From the NCBI GenBank assembly GCA_944329365.1, contig CALVIC010000005.1, positions 1 to 59,848 on the forward strand: a stretch of DNA of 59,848 nt, read 5' to 3'. The DNA is from an uncultured Bacilli bacterium. GTDB lineage: Bacteria > Bacillota_I > Bacilli_A > RF39 > UBA660. This document shows positions 27,385-38,718 of the stretch, piece after piece. Each line of letters begins with the position of its first letter. The first letter of the stretch is position 1. The position numbers and the translations under genes are program-made. The notes below the pieces were generated by a model. That model did not search any database. It saw nothing but the letters and a program-made list of their open reading frames with translations, and was not told the DNA's origin.

Positions 27385-29802
27385 ATGTTAGACAAAAAAT
27401 ATAATGCGGCGGAAAAAGAAGCAAAATGGTTAAACTACTGGAAACAAAACAATATCTATGCCTTTAAACCAGACTATAGAGAAGTATTTTCAATAGATAC
27501 CCCGCCACCAACCGTTAATGGAAAAATTCATATAGGTCACATATTTTCATACTCTCAAACTGAGATGATTGCGCGTTATAAAAGATTAAGAGGATACAAC
27601 ATCTTTTATCCATTTGGCTTTGACGATAATGGACTTCCATCAGAAAGACTAGTAGAAAAAGAACAAGGCAAAAAAGCTCATGAAATTGGAAGAGAAGAAT
27701 TCTCAAAACTTTGTTACGAAACAACTGACAAATATGAAGCTGAATTCCAAAACCTATTTAGTAGATTAGGCGTTAGTACAGACTGGAATATTCACTATAA
27801 AACTGTAAGCCCATCTACGATCAAAATAAGCCAAAGATCATTTTTAGACCTAATCAAAAAAGGTTGCGTATATCACAAAGAATCACCCGCACTTTGGTGT
27901 AATGAATGCTTAACCTCAATCGCTCAAGCTGAACTTGAAACTAAAACAGTCAAAACAACATTCAATTACGTAAACTTTAAAACCGAAGATGGTGAAAACT
28001 TTACCATTGCCACAACCAGACCGGAATTACTTCCAGCAATCGTTTGTGTCTTCGTTAACCCAAATGATGAAAAACATAAACACCTAATCGGCAAAAAAGC
28101 CCATATTCCAGTTATAGATATAACAGTTCCAATCATGGGTGATGAAAAAGTCGATAAAGACAAAGGAACTGGAGTAGTTATGTGTTGTACCTTTGGTGAC
28201 CAAACCGATATCGAATGGTGGAAAAAATATAAACTTCCACTCAAATACATCTTTACTAAAAATGGAAGAATCAAAGACGAAGTACCAAACTATGGTGGCT
28301 TAAAAATCAAAGAAGCTCGTCAAAAAGTCGTTGAAGATTTAGATAAAGCTGGGGCCTTAGTTAAAGTCGAAGAGCTCGAGCACGAAGTTCAAACCCATGA
28401 AAGATGTGGAAAAGAGGTTGAATATTCAGTTATGAAACAGTGGTTTATCGATATCATAAACCATAAAGAAGACTTCTTAAAAATAGGTAGTGAAATCAAC
28501 TGGCACCCTTCATACATGCAAAACAGATATAACGAATGGGTTAACAATATCATGTGGGACTGGTGTATCTCAAGACAAAGATATTTCGGTGTTCCATTCC
28601 CAGTTTGGTATTGTAAAGATTGTGGAAAACCTGTATTCGCCAAAGAAGAAGACCTACCAGTAAATCCATTAACATCAAAACCTAAGATTCAAGAATGTCC
28701 AAATTGTAAATGTAAGGAATTCATTCCTGAAACTGACGTTATGGATACTTGGGCAACCTCATCTGTAACCCCACTTATCAACATGCGCTACGGTGAAAAA
28801 GATAACTTTGAAAAATATTTAAGACCAATGAGCTTAAGAACCAATGCCTCTGACATCATTCGTACATGGGATTTCTATACAATTGTTAAAAGTTTCTATC
28901 ACTTTGGTGAAAAGCCATGGAATGACGTTATGATATCAGGCTTTATCATGGCCAGCAAAGGAGAAAAAATAAGTAAAAGTAAAGGTAATAGTAAAATTGA
29001 GCCACTTGAACTAATCGATAAATATTCCGCTGACGTCGTTCGTTATTGGGCTGGTTCTGGTAGACTTGGAACCGACATCGTCTACAGTGAAGAGACATTC
29101 ATGCGCGGAAGAAAACTTATAAATAAAATCTGGAACGTTTCTAAATTTATTCAGATGCACTTATCAGACTATGAAGACAGAGAATTTAATGACTTTGAAT
29201 ACATTGACAAATGGATAATCGGCAAATATGAAGAAATGGAACGAGGCTTTATTAAATACTTAGATGAATTTGAAATAGGCCTTGCCTTAAATTCTTTAGA
29301 AAAATTCTTCTGGAACTTCTGTGATAACTATATTGAAATAGTTAAACATAGATTATATCGCCCTGAAGAATTTGGCGAAACTCCAAGATATTCAGGCCAA
29401 AAAACAGTATACATTATGCTTTATAAACTACTTCAAGACTTTAGTATCTTCTTCCCATTCATCACCGAAGAAATATTCCAAGATATATATCATAATAATA
29501 AATCAATCCATTTAACTGAAATTAAACCATTAGACTATGATTTCAAAGAAGAAGTTAAATATGGTGATATGATTAATGAAATTATTGGAATTGCTCGTGG
29601 TGAAAAAACAAACGCTTCAGTTTCCCTAAAAACTGAAATTGAAAAGCTAAATATAAGTGCTGAAGCAAAACTAATAGAAGCTATTAAAAAATCTGAAAAA
29701 GACTTTAAAGCTACTTTGTTTATAAATAATCTAGAATTAAACGATCAAGAAGAAGGATATACTGTTAACGAAATAAAATTGAAAGAAGAAAGTGTTGAAT
29801 AA
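27385..29802 (+). CDS. valS: Valine--tRNA ligase (archaeal-type)
   Basis: DTPPPTVNGKIHIGH, WCISRQ, KISKS; Val T-box; no C-terminal coiled coil. Confidence 0.92.
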   Translation: MLDKKYNAAEKEAKWLNYWKQNNIYAFKPDYREVFSIDTPPPTVNGKIHIGHIFSYSQTEMIARYKRLRGYNIFYPFGFDDNGLPSERLVEKEQGKKAHEIGREEFSKLCYETTDKYEAEFQNLFSRLGVSTDWNIHYKTVSPSTIKISQRSFLDLIKKGCVYHKESPALWCNECLTSIAQAELETKTVKTTFNYVNFKTEDGENFTIATTRPELLPAIVCVFVNPNDEKHKHLIGKKAHIPVIDITVPIMGDEKVDKDKGTGVVMCCTFGDQTDIEWWKKYKLPLKYIFTKNGRIKDEVPNYGGLKIKEARQKVVEDLDKAGALVKVEELEHEVQTHERCGKEVEYSVMKQWFIDIINHKEDFLKIGSEINWHPSYMQNRYNEWVNNIMWDWCISRQRYFGVPFPVWYCKDCGKPVFAKEEDLPVNPLTSKPKIQECPNCKCKEFIPETDVMDTWATSSVTPLINMRYGEKDNFEKYLRPMSLRTNASDIIRTWDFYTIVKSFYHFGEKPWNDVMISGFIMASKGEKISKSKGNSKIEPLELIDKYSADVVRYWAGSGRLGTDIVYSEETFMRGRKLINKIWNVSKFIQMHLSDYEDREFNDFEYIDKWIIGKYEEMERGFIKYLDEFEIGLALNSLEKFFWNFCDNYIEIVKHRLYRPEEFGETPRYSGQKTVYIMLYKLLQDFSIFFPFITEEIFQDIYHNNKSIHLTEIKPLDYDFKEEVKYGDMINEIIGIARGEKTNASVSLKTEIEKLNISAEAKLIEAIKKSEKDFKATLFINNLELNDQEEGYTVNEIKLKEESVE

Positions 29803-29905
29803 ACACTTTTTCATTTGTTTTACGCTTTCTAAAAATAATAATATTGACTAACCTCTCTAAGCTATGGTAAACTGAAAATAGAATAAGGCGAGGAGGTGAG
29901 ATGTT

Positions 29906-30376
29906 ATGATGCAAAACAGAAAAGGTTTTACCTTAATTGAGCTTTTAGCTGTTATCGTTATCTTGGCAATCATCGCCTTAATTACAACTCCGACAATCTT
30001 AAATGTTATGGAAAACTCAAGAAGAGATGCTGCTAAAGATAAAGCCTATGGTACAATCCAAGCTGTACAGCTTGCATATACTCAAGCTCAAATTAGCTAC
30101 GAAGTAAATTTGCCATACACTGTTGATTTCAGTAGTAAAAGTGATGGTGCAAGTGATGGTACAACTGAAAAAGGCTTCACTTATGTTGAAGGTCAAGAAG
30201 TTCAAGCCAGTGGAGAAATGCCAACGGCTGGTCAAATTAAGATTGACGAAAACGGTCAAATTTACATAGCTACTAAAGATGTTAATAATAGTGCCGCTTT
30301 AAAATTTGGTAATTATTATTGCTATGACTTAGGTGCAGACCAAAACCATGAAGTGGCATGTGCTAGAAGAAACTAG
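29906..30376 (+). CDS. Type IV pilin, copy 1
   Basis: RKG-FTLIELLAVIVILAII; two C-terminal Cys. Confidence 0.92.
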   Translation: MMQNRKGFTLIELLAVIVILAIIALITTPTILNVMENSRRDAAKDKAYGTIQAVQLAYTQAQISYEVNLPYTVDFSSKSDGASDGTTEKGFTYVEGQEVQASGEMPTAGQIKIDENGQIYIATKDVNNSAALKFGNYYCYDLGADQNHEVACARRN

Positions 30377-30485
30377 AAGGGAAAACCTTCTTTTTCTTTA
30401 CGCTAAAACAAGAAAAAAAACATATTGACTAACCCCCCAAACTATGATAAACTGAAAATAGAATAAGGCGAGGAGGTGAGATGTT

Positions 30486-30950
30486 ATGATGCAAAACAGA
30501 AAAGGTTTTACCTTAATTGAGCTTTTAGCTGTTATCGTTATCTTGGCAATCATCGCCTTAATTACAACTCCGACAATTTTAAACGTTATGGAAAACTCAA
30601 GAAGAGATGCTGCTAAAGATAAAGCCTATGGTACAATTCAAGCTGTTCAATTAGCTTATACTCAAGCCCAAGTTAGCTACGAAGTAAATTTGCCATACAC
30701 TGTTGACTTCAGCAGTAAAAGCGATGGCTCTAGTGATAGTACAACTGACAAAGGTTTCACTTATGTTGAAGGACAAGAAGTTCAAGCCAGTGGAGAAATG
30801 CCAACAGCTGGTCAAGTTCTTATCGATAATGATGGTCAAATCTATATCAACGCAACCGAAAGTAATTATAAAAGCGGTTTAAAATTTGGTAATTATTACT
30901 GCTATGATTTAGGTGCAACCAAAAACCATGAAGTTGCTTGTAAAAGATAA
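30486..30950 (+). CDS. Type IV pilin, copy 2
   Basis: Same N-terminus as copy 1, diverged C-terminal third. Confidence 0.92.
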   Translation: MMQNRKGFTLIELLAVIVILAIIALITTPTILNVMENSRRDAAKDKAYGTIQAVQLAYTQAQVSYEVNLPYTVDFSSKSDGSSDSTTDKGFTYVEGQEVQASGEMPTAGQVLIDNDGQIYINATESNYKSGLKFGNYYCYDLGATKNHEVACKR

Positions 30951-31031
30951 TAGAGAAATTTTTCTCTATTTTTTATTGTTCTTGAAACTGCTATCATATT
31001 ATGATATATTTATAATAAGAGGATGATAAAT

Positions 31032-31466
31032 ATGGAAGCTAAACTAACCAGAGGCGAAACCGAAATAAATCATATTGAATACAGTATGGTAATAATTTTG
31101 TGCTGCGTAATTTTTATAATTGTCTCACCCTTTGTTTATCAAATATATTATAATATGTCGGCCTCCGCTGCCAAAACAAGTACCACAGGAACCATTGATT
31201 ACGTAAAAGCCCTCTATACAAACGGCAACCTCGAAAAAGAAATTGGCCTTCCATTTACTATTGAATTCACTAAAGATTCATTTATTGCCTACGATAACAA
31301 TAAAAAAATCACGCTGCAAACAACCAGAAAGATCGAATTAGACGGTAAGAAACCGGAAAGCGGTACAGTAACTATTGATGAAGATGGTAAAGTAATTGTC
31401 CAAAAATTAGAATTTGGCTGGCGGACATGTAATAAAGAGAAAGATGGTGACATTACTTGTGAATAA
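31032..31466 (+). CDS. Divergent pilin paralog lacking a canonical GFTLIE site
   Basis: Shares AAK...GTI..V...YT, LP(F/Y)T, G..P..G...ID..G, L.FG...C...C with the upstream pilins. Confidence 0.7.
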   Translation: MEAKLTRGETEINHIEYSMVIILCCVIFIIVSPFVYQIYYNMSASAAKTSTTGTIDYVKALYTNGNLEKEIGLPFTIEFTKDSFIAYDNNKKITLQTTRKIELDGKKPESGTVTIDEDGKVIVQKLEFGWRTCNKEKDGDITCE

Positions 31467-31524
31467 CGCGTTAAAGCGTTTTTTTATTTATTAAAAAATG
31501 TTATAATAATTAAAGGTGATTACT

Positions 31525-33330
31525 ATGAAACAAGAAAACATTCGAAACTTTTCAATAATTGCGCATATCGACCATGGCAAATCTACTTTAGCCGATCGTA
31601 TTTTAGAATATACAGGAGCCATTACTGAAAGAGAAAAGCAAGACCAATTATTAGACAATATGGATATTGAAAGAGAAAGAGGTATCACCATAAAACTAAA
31701 CGCCGTTCAAATAAAATATAATCATAAAGGTGAGGATTACATTATGAATCTAATTGATACCCCAGGTCATGTTGATTTTTCTTATGAAGTATCTAGAAGC
31801 CTTGCCGCCTGTGAAGGAGCAATCCTTGTTGTCGATGCCGCCCAAGGAATAGAAGCGCAAACTTTAGCTAACATCTATCTTGCTTTAGAAAACGACTTAA
31901 CGATAATACCAGTAATTAATAAAATCGACCTTCCAAACGCTGACGTTCCTAAAGTAAAAAAAGAACTCGTCCAAACCCTTGGCTTTGCTGAAGACGAAAT
32001 AATTGAAGTAAGTGCCAAAACCGGAAAAGGAATACCACAACTAGTAGAAGCCATCATCGAAAAAATCCCATCTCCAAAAGGTGAAATAACAAAACCCTTA
32101 AAAGCCCTAGTCTTTGACAGTTTCTTCGACGCCTATAAAGGCGTAGTTATCTCTATAAGAATTAAAGAAGGAAAACTAAAAGTTAAAGACAAAATCAAAT
32201 TAATGGCCACAAACGCTGTTCACGAAGTAACCGAACTTACAATTCATACACCTAAAGAAAAAAACATCACAGAACTATCAGCTGGTGAAGTAGGCTATCT
32301 TTGCGGTAGTATTAAAAGCATTAGAGACATCAAAGTAGGAGACACCATCACCTTAGAAAATAATCCTGCAGATGCCCCTCTACCAGGTTATAAACAAATC
32401 AAACCGATGGTCTTCTGTGGAATCTACCCAATTGAATCAAGTAAGTATGACGATTTAAAAGAAGCCTTAGAAAAACTAAAACTTAATGATGCTTCTCTTG
32501 AATTTGAACCAGAAACTTCAAAAGCCTTAGGCTTTGGTTTCCGCTGTGGTTTCTTAGGTCTGCTTCATATGGAAATAACTGAAGAACGTATCGAAAGAGA
32601 ATTTAACATTGAACTAATTGCCACCAGTCCTTCAGTTAACTATAAAATCACTAAAACCGATGGTGAAATAACCTATATCGACAGTCCTTCTAAAATGCCC
32701 GAAAGACAAAAAATAAAAACCATTGAAGAGCCATATATCAAAACTAATATCTATGTCCCAAGCAGTTACATCGGTCCAATTATGGAACTATGTCAATCTA
32801 AAAGAGGAACCTATGTAAATATGGAATACATAAGTGAAACTAGGGTAAACATTCACTACGAACTTCCACTTTCCGAAATAGTTTACGATTTCTTTGATAA
32901 ATTAAAAGGAGCCACTAAAGGATATGCCTCATTTGATTATGACCTAATAGGTTACCGTCCAAGTGAATTAGTAAAAATGGATGTTTTATTAAATGGTGAA
33001 ATCGTTGATGCCTTAAGCCTAATCGTTCACAAAGACTTTGCCGAAAGAAGAGGTAGAACAATCGTTGAAACCCTCAAAGGAATAATTCCAAGACAGTTAT
33101 TTGAAGTACCAATTCAAGCTGTTATCGGATCCAAAGTCATCGCTAGAACCGATATAAAAGCCCTTCGTAAAAACGTTTTGGCCAAATGTTATGGTGGAGA
33201 TATCACCAGAAAAAGAAAACTTTTAGAAAAACAAAAAGAAGGTAAAAAGAAGATGAAAACCATTGGTAGTGTCGAAGTTCCCAAAGAAGCTTTCTTGTCA
33301 GTTCTAAAAATGGATGATCCAAATGATTAG
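31525..33330 (+). CDS. lepA: Elongation factor 4
   Basis: [45 protein letters not shown]. Confidence 0.98.
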   Translation: MKQENIRNFSIIAHIDHGKSTLADRILEYTGAITEREKQDQLLDNMDIERERGITIKLNAVQIKYNHKGEDYIMNLIDTPGHVDFSYEVSRSLAACEGAILVVDAAQGIEAQTLANIYLALENDLTIIPVINKIDLPNADVPKVKKELVQTLGFAEDEIIEVSAKTGKGIPQLVEAIIEKIPSPKGEITKPLKALVFDSFFDAYKGVVISIRIKEGKLKVKDKIKLMATNAVHEVTELTIHTPKEKNITELSAGEVGYLCGSIKSIRDIKVGDTITLENNPADAPLPGYKQIKPMVFCGIYPIESSKYDDLKEALEKLKLNDASLEFEPETSKALGFGFRCGFLGLLHMEITEERIEREFNIELIATSPSVNYKITKTDGEITYIDSPSKMPERQKIKTIEEPYIKTNIYVPSSYIGPIMELCQSKRGTYVNMEYISETRVNIHYELPLSEIVYDFFDKLKGATKGYASFDYDLIGYRPSELVKMDVLLNGEIVDALSLIVHKDFAERRGRTIVETLKGIIPRQLFEVPIQAVIGSKVIARTDIKALRKNVLAKCYGGDITRKRKLLEKQKEGKKKMKTIGSVEVPKEAFLSVLKMDDPND

Positions 33331-34405
33331 TGTTTACATTCACATCCCGTTTTGTAATAAAATCTGTACTTATTGTGACTTTTGTAAACTTTTTAGAAAT
33401 GACGATTGGATTGATAACTATTTAAATGAACTATCCAAAGAAATAGATAAATATTATCAAAATGAAGAAATCCAAACCATTTATATAGGTGGGGGAACCC
33501 CAAGTACCTTAACCATAAAAGAATTAGGAAAACTATTTCAAATAATCAATAAATTCAATATAAATAAAAATGCTGAAATAACCTTTGAAGCAAATAGTGA
33601 AGATTTAACTGAAGAAAAATTAAATTACCTAAAAGAACATGTCAATAGACTAAGCATTGGTATCCAAACCTTTGACGAGAAAAGACTTAAAACTTTAAAT
33701 AGAACCTTAAATTTAAAAAACATAAAAAACGCCTTAAAAACATTTGACAATGTAAACTTAGATTTAATGTATGGCTTTCAAAATCAAACTCTGGAAGATT
33801 TAAAAAAAGATTTATCAAAAATAACATCCTTAAATCCTCATCATATATCTACCTATAGTCTAATTTTAGAACCCAATACCGTTCTTTATAACCAAAAATA
33901 TCAAAGACTAGATGATAGTCACGATAGACAAATGTATGATTATATCACAAAATATTTAAAAGAAAATGGCTATAACCATTATGAAATAAGTAACTATTCT
34001 AAAAAAGGTTATGAGTCTAGACACAACCTCACATATTGGAATAATGAAAATTACTATGGTTTTGGCCTTGGAGCCTCTGGTTATATAAAAAATATAAGAT
34101 ATGAAAACACAAGAAGTCTAAACGAATATTTAAAAGGCAATTATTTAAAAGAAAAAATAGTTTTATCTAAAAAAGAAACAATTGAAAACGAATTTATCTG
34201 TAACCTTAGAAAAACTAAAGGATTAAATATAGAAAAATTTAAACAAAAATATCAAACAAACCCTTTAAACTATGAAATTGTCAAAACTTTACTTAAACAA
34301 AAATTACTGATATTAGAAAATGAAAACCTCTATATAAGCAAAGAATACCTTTACGTTTCAAACGAAATATTGATAAAATTCTTAAATACTCTTTACACAA
34401 ACTAA
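33323..34405 (+). CDS. hemW: Radical SAM heme chaperone HemW (HemN-like)
   Basis: YIHIPFC..IC.YCDF, GGGTPS, YEISN, HN..YW. Confidence 0.9.
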   Translation: MISVYIHIPFCNKICTYCDFCKLFRNDDWIDNYLNELSKEIDKYYQNEEIQTIYIGGGTPSTLTIKELGKLFQIINKFNINKNAEITFEANSEDLTEEKLNYLKEHVNRLSIGIQTFDEKRLKTLNRTLNLKNIKNALKTFDNVNLDLMYGFQNQTLEDLKKDLSKITSLNPHHISTYSLILEPNTVLYNQKYQRLDDSHDRQMYDYITKYLKENGYNHYEISNYSKKGYESRHNLTYWNNENYYGFGLGASGYIKNIRYENTRSLNEYLKGNYLKEKIVLSKKETIENEFICNLRKTKGLNIEKFKQKYQTNPLNYEIVKTLLKQKLLILENENLYISKEYLYVSNEILIKFLNTLYTN

Positions 34406-34444
34406 TGTTTGTGTTAATCTTAAAATAAAGGAGGATAAAAAATT

Positions 34445-35347
34445 ATGGCCACATGGGATCACGAATATGCAAAATTATGTAAAAAAATCTTAAATGAAGG
34501 AATAGAAGTACCTAATCGAACTGGAATCAATACGATTAAAATACCTTCATACAATCTATCATTCGACCTAGAAAAAGAATATCCAATTCTAACTACAAAA
34601 CAAACCTTTATTAGACAAGCAATCCTCGAATTACTTTGGATCTATCAAGCTCAAAGTAATGACGTTAGATGGCTTAAAGAAAGGAACGTTCACATTTGGG
34701 ATGAATGGGAAATTGCCGAAGACGGTTATTGGTATGCCGATCAGTATGAAGTAGGTAAAGATGGTAAACTAAATAAAATCCAAGATAAAAAATACTTTGG
34801 CAAAGAGTATGCTCACACTATAGGAACTGCCTACGGTTACGTTGTAAACAAATATAAACTAACTGATAAAGCATTAAATCTTATTAAGAACAACCCTTAT
34901 AACCGAAGAAACATTATAAGTCTTTGGCAAGAAGCCGACCTTCAAACAGGTGTCCTTGAACCTTGTGTTTGGTCTAGTGAATGGGACGTTACTAATGGCA
35001 AATTAAACGTAAACGTTCATCAAAGAAGTTGTGATGTTCCTCTAGGCCTTCCATTCAATATCTCTCAGTATGCCGCTCTTTTAAATATGTTCGCCAAAGT
35101 TTCAAACCTTAAACCAGGAACTATGAACTGGAGTTTAAAAGATGCCCATATTTACGTCAATCAAATAGACGGTATTAAAGAACAAATAAGAAGAGAAGAA
35201 GAGGAAGAAGACTATCCCGCACCAACTCTTTGGTTAAACCCTGAAGTTACAGACTTCTATGATTTTGATAACTCTAAAGAGTGTAAAGACGTCAAAGTAC
35301 TAAACTACCGCCACCATGGAAAAATAAAATTCCCGGTTTCTAAATGA
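34445..35347 (+). CDS. thyA: Thymidylate synthase
   Basis: RTG, LEPC, QRSCDVPLGLPFN, DAHIY. Confidence 0.95.
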   Translation: MATWDHEYAKLCKKILNEGIEVPNRTGINTIKIPSYNLSFDLEKEYPILTTKQTFIRQAILELLWIYQAQSNDVRWLKERNVHIWDEWEIAEDGYWYADQYEVGKDGKLNKIQDKKYFGKEYAHTIGTAYGYVVNKYKLTDKALNLIKNNPYNRRNIISLWQEADLQTGVLEPCVWSSEWDVTNGKLNVNVHQRSCDVPLGLPFNISQYAALLNMFAKVSNLKPGTMNWSLKDAHIYVNQIDGIKEQIRREEEEEDYPAPTLWLNPEVTDFYDFDNSKECKDVKVLNYRHHGKIKFPVSK

Positions 35348-35814
35348 TTAATATCATTGCCGCTGTCGGTAAAAATAATGAACTTGGAAAAGACAATAAA
35401 CTTCTGTGGCACTTAAAAGGTGATTTAAAATTTTTTAAAGAAAAAACAAACTTTCAAACCATAATTATGGGTCGAAAAACCTTTGAATCACTCCCAAAAT
35501 TATTACCAAATAGAAGGCATGTCGTATTAAGTCAAAGTGATAACTTTCCAAGTGAAGTAATCGTTTATCATCAAATACAAGATTTATTAGAAAACGAACA
35601 AGATGGCTTTATCATTGGTGGTGGGAAGATATATACACTGTTACTAAACTATGCAAATAAATTATATCTAACTGAAATAGATAAAACCTATAAAGACGCC
35701 GACACTTATTTTCCAAATTTTGATAAAAATGTTTTTGAAAAAGAAATATTAAAAACATGTTATGACGAAAAAGAAGATATCCATTATAAACATGTCTTGT
35801 ACAAAAGGAGGTAA
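35344..35814 (+). CDS. folA: Dihydrofolate reductase
   Basis: LG..NKLLW..KGDLKFF, IMGRKTFESL, IIGGG, DTYFP. Confidence 0.95.
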   Translation: MINIIAAVGKNNELGKDNKLLWHLKGDLKFFKEKTNFQTIIMGRKTFESLPKLLPNRRHVVLSQSDNFPSEVIVYHQIQDLLENEQDGFIIGGGKIYTLLLNYANKLYLTEIDKTYKDADTYFPNFDKNVFEKEILKTCYDEKEDIHYKHVLYKRR

Positions 35815-35817
35815 CTC

Positions 35818-36498
35818 ATGACTAAAGGAAAACTAATTGCCATTGAAGGAACAGACTGCTCTGGTAAAGAAACCCAAACTAATTTATTAATCGAGAAAAT
35901 GCACAAAGCTGGATATAGAGTTCAAAACTTTTCATTTCCAAATTATAATTCCCCAACTGGGAAAATAATCGGTGGACCATACCTTGGAAAAGAAAAATTT
36001 GGGCCTTGTTACTTCCCGGAAGGTTCAGTTAACGTTGACCCCAAAGTCGCATCTTTATATTATGCCGCTGACCGGCAATATAATATCGATAAAATAAAAC
36101 TCTTATTAGATAACGGTTATAACGTCATCCTAGATAGATACATTTATTCCAACATGGCTCACCAAGGTGGTAAAATCTTAGACAAACAAGAAAGATATGA
36201 TATGTACAACTGGCTTGATAAGTTAGAATTTGAACTTTTAAACCTTCCAAGACCAGATATTACAATTTTTCTTCATATGCCCCTAGAAGTTGCCACTATT
36301 CTTAAAAAACACCGAGAAGAAGCTCCAGATGGTCACGAAAAAAGTCCTGAACATCTAAATCATGCTGAAAAAGCTTACCTAGAACTTTCTGATAAGTATA
36401 ACTTTATCAAAATAGAATGTTCTAAAAATGGGACTCCAAGACCAGTAGAAGACATAAATAATGAAATATTTGAAGTGATTGAAAAAGTAATGAAGTAA
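35818..36498 (+). CDS. tmk: Thymidylate kinase
   Basis: IEGTDCSGKETQ, LYYAADR, LDRY. Confidence 0.88.
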   Translation: MTKGKLIAIEGTDCSGKETQTNLLIEKMHKAGYRVQNFSFPNYNSPTGKIIGGPYLGKEKFGPCYFPEGSVNVDPKVASLYYAADRQYNIDKIKLLLDNGYNVILDRYIYSNMAHQGGKILDKQERYDMYNWLDKLEFELLNLPRPDITIFLHMPLEVATILKKHREEAPDGHEKSPEHLNHAEKAYLELSDKYNFIKIECSKNGTPRPVEDINNEIFEVIEKVMK

Positions 36499-36777
36499 TT
36501 CATTATTTTTTTATTAAAACAATATAGTTACCTACAATTACTTAAGCGTGCCATAATTTAAATAATAATTATAAGTACATTTATATTAAGTATGATATTG
36601 CCAAATATAAATGTAAAAACTGTTAATATATCAAACCGAAAAAGAAATGAAAATTATATGTAGTATTATAATATCGGTATTTAATATGAAAAAAAGCCAT
36701 TGAAAATTCTAAATAAAAAAGGATTATTCGTTTGTCAAAAATAATCCTTTTTTGCATACAATTAACCGGTGATATAA

Positions 36778-37398
36778 ATGAAAATAATCGCCCACCGGGC
36801 AAATGATGGTATTCATGAAGAAAACAGTTTAGAAGCTATTTTAAATAGCCTAGAAAAAGAATATGTTGATGGCATCGAAATCGATATTAGACTAACTAAA
36901 GATAATAAACTGATAATTTGCCACGACCCATTTTATCGCGGTCATTTTATTAAATACACTAAAATAAAAAAATTAGAAAAATTAGGACTAAATTCTCTGA
37001 ATGAAATTTTAATCAAACTAAAAACCAATAAAATAGTTATGCTTGAAATTAAAACTGGTGACAAAAATCATCAAAAATTAGCTAACAGATTAAATAAAAC
37101 ATTAAAAAAATATAGTTTAAATTTCTATCTTTGTAGCTTTAACTATGACCTTATGAAATTAATAAAAGAAAAATACTACCAATATAAATGTGGACTTATA
37201 ATTGGCTATCAAATAAACAAAGATAAAATAAATAACAATTTAAACTTTAATTCATTAAGTCTCACTTATGCAAATAAAAATTTTAACAAAGAAACCTTTA
37301 TCTGGACTATAAATGATATAAAAAGCCTAAAAATAAATAAAAGATATAATATAATCACTGATAATCCCTTAAAAATATTTAATGAGCTTTCAAAATAA
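36778..37398 (+). CDS. Glycerophosphodiester phosphodiesterase family
   Basis: IIAHRA, EENS, EIDIRLTKD, CHD, WTIN, ITD. Confidence 0.85.
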   Translation: MKIIAHRANDGIHEENSLEAILNSLEKEYVDGIEIDIRLTKDNKLIICHDPFYRGHFIKYTKIKKLEKLGLNSLNEILIKLKTNKIVMLEIKTGDKNHQKLANRLNKTLKKYSLNFYLCSFNYDLMKLIKEKYYQYKCGLIIGYQINKDKINNNLNFNSLSLTYANKNFNKETFIWTINDIKSLKINKRYNIITDNPLKIFNELSK

Positions 37399-37867
37399 CT
37401 CTAATTTTTTCACTTACAATAACCGCTTTCTTATCAAAACCAAATATAATATCGGAAATAATTTTTTTCTTCTTTCTGCGCCCTCTAATTTCTAAAATAG
37501 TTTTATTATTACTGCCACTTTTAATTTTTACAAACTCAAATCCATTTTTTCTAAGTTTTTTTTCTAATTTACCCAAAACACTATTATCGACCTCGACCTT
37601 AAACAGATTAGTTCCCAAAGCAATTTTTTCCTCTAAAACGCTGCCCAAATAAGAACCTGCTAAAGCCCCCAAGGCAAACGCAATTGCCTTAAAAATATCT
37701 TCTCTAATTCCAAGTAAAACGGTTCCCGTTAAGATAATCCAAATTAGTGTTACTATAAACTGTAAAACCGCGCCAAAAACTTTCTTTCCATTACTAACGA
37801 CGATAAGTCTTAATGTCGCCAAAGCATCCTCGATTATTTTAAAAATAAAAATAGAAAGATAAACCAT
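37379..37867 (-). CDS. DUF5698/DUF2179-family membrane protein
   Basis: LATLRLI, AFALG...G..LEEKIALG; sigmaF-like promoter upstream. Confidence 0.75.
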   Translation of the reverse strand: MVYLSIFIFKIIEDALATLRLIVVSNGKKVFGAVLQFIVTLIWIILTGTVLLGIREDIFKAIAFALGALAGSYLGSVLEEKIALGTNLFKVEVDNSVLGKLEKKLRKNGFEFVKIKSGSNNKTILEIRGRRKKKKIISDIIFGFDKKAVIVSEKIRVILKAH

Positions 37868-37974
37868 ATAGATCACCTAATTTTATTGTTTCCAAAAAAT
37901 AACAAAAATATCCTAAGTTGCTTTTATTTTAAAATTAATATATAATTATTTTGATAAGGGAATGAGGTGCACAT

Positions 37975-38427
37975 ATGGAAATAAACTTACTTCCTTTAGA
38001 TCGAAATCAAAGTATTGATATCGATACAACTTGCAACTTCACCAATTTTGAAGGAACAGATATTCAAAAAATGACTGAAGTCAAAGTAACTGGAACTATT
38101 ACTAAAGATGTTGCCGATGATTATTTTATAAGCCTAAGCATTCAAGGAACAATGACTCTTCCAGACTCTTTAACTCTAGAACCAGTTGAATATCCATTCG
38201 ATATAAATGTCGATGAAAACCTTGAAGAAGTTGCTGAAAATTTCAAAAAAAGTGATAAAACTATTGATATTTTGCCAATAATATGGGAAAATATACTAAT
38301 GGAAATTCCTATAAGAGTTACTGGAAAAAATTCTAAGGCTCTTAAAACGGAAGGCGAGGGCTGGAGTTTCATGGAAGATAATCCAGGAACGAATAATAGC
38401 CTTTCCAAGTTAAAAGATTTGTTTTAG
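37975..38427 (+). CDS. YceD/DUF177 protein
   Basis: Upstream of rpmF; ENILMEIP, LSKLKDL. Confidence 0.85.
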   Translation: MEINLLPLDRNQSIDIDTTCNFTNFEGTDIQKMTEVKVTGTITKDVADDYFISLSIQGTMTLPDSLTLEPVEYPFDINVDENLEEVAENFKKSDKTIDILPIIWENILMEIPIRVTGKNSKALKTEGEGWSFMEDNPGTNNSLSKLKDLF

Positions 38428-38441
38428 AAAGAGGTGGAACC

Positions 38442-38636
38442 ATGGCTGTACCAGCACGTAAAGTTAGTAAAACTAGTGGTAGAATGCGTCGTACTCATTA
38501 TAAAATAAACGCTAAAACTACAACTACTTGTCCAAAATGTGGATCTGCAGTAAAACCACATAGAGTATGTCCAAAATGTGGAAGTTACAAAGGTGAAGAA
38601 ATCATCAAAAAAGAGTCAAAAGAAGAAAACGAATAA
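38442..38636 (+). CDS. rpmF: 50S ribosomal protein L32
   Basis: MAVPARKVSK, CPKCG..PHRVCPKCGSY. Confidence 0.97.
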   Translation: MAVPARKVSKTSGRMRRTHYKINAKTTTTCPKCGSAVKPHRVCPKCGSYKGEEIIKKESKEENE

Positions 38637-38680
38637 GGCCTAATTTAAGCCTTGTTTTTTTATAAATAAATATTTACAAA

Positions 38681-38697
38681 ACACCTAGGTAGGGTAT
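38681..38697 (+). promoter_or_regulatory. Putative CsoR operator between -35 TTTACA and -10 TATAAT
   Basis: ACACCTAGGTAGGGTAT resembles the TACC..GGGTA CsoR pseudo-palindrome. Confidence 0.6.
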
Positions 38698-38718
38698 ATA
38701 ATTAAGATGGTGATGAAG

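Larger units (their letters stand above)
29840..30950 (+). repeat. Tandem duplication (580-bp period) of promoter plus pilin gene
   Basis: Near-identical from the -35 box through about two thirds of the CDS. Confidence 0.92.

Noticed and set aside
36499-36770. Long AT-rich gap after tmk as a possible sRNA
   Set aside because: Only a terminator-like hairpin (36715-36753); no convincing promoter plus structure
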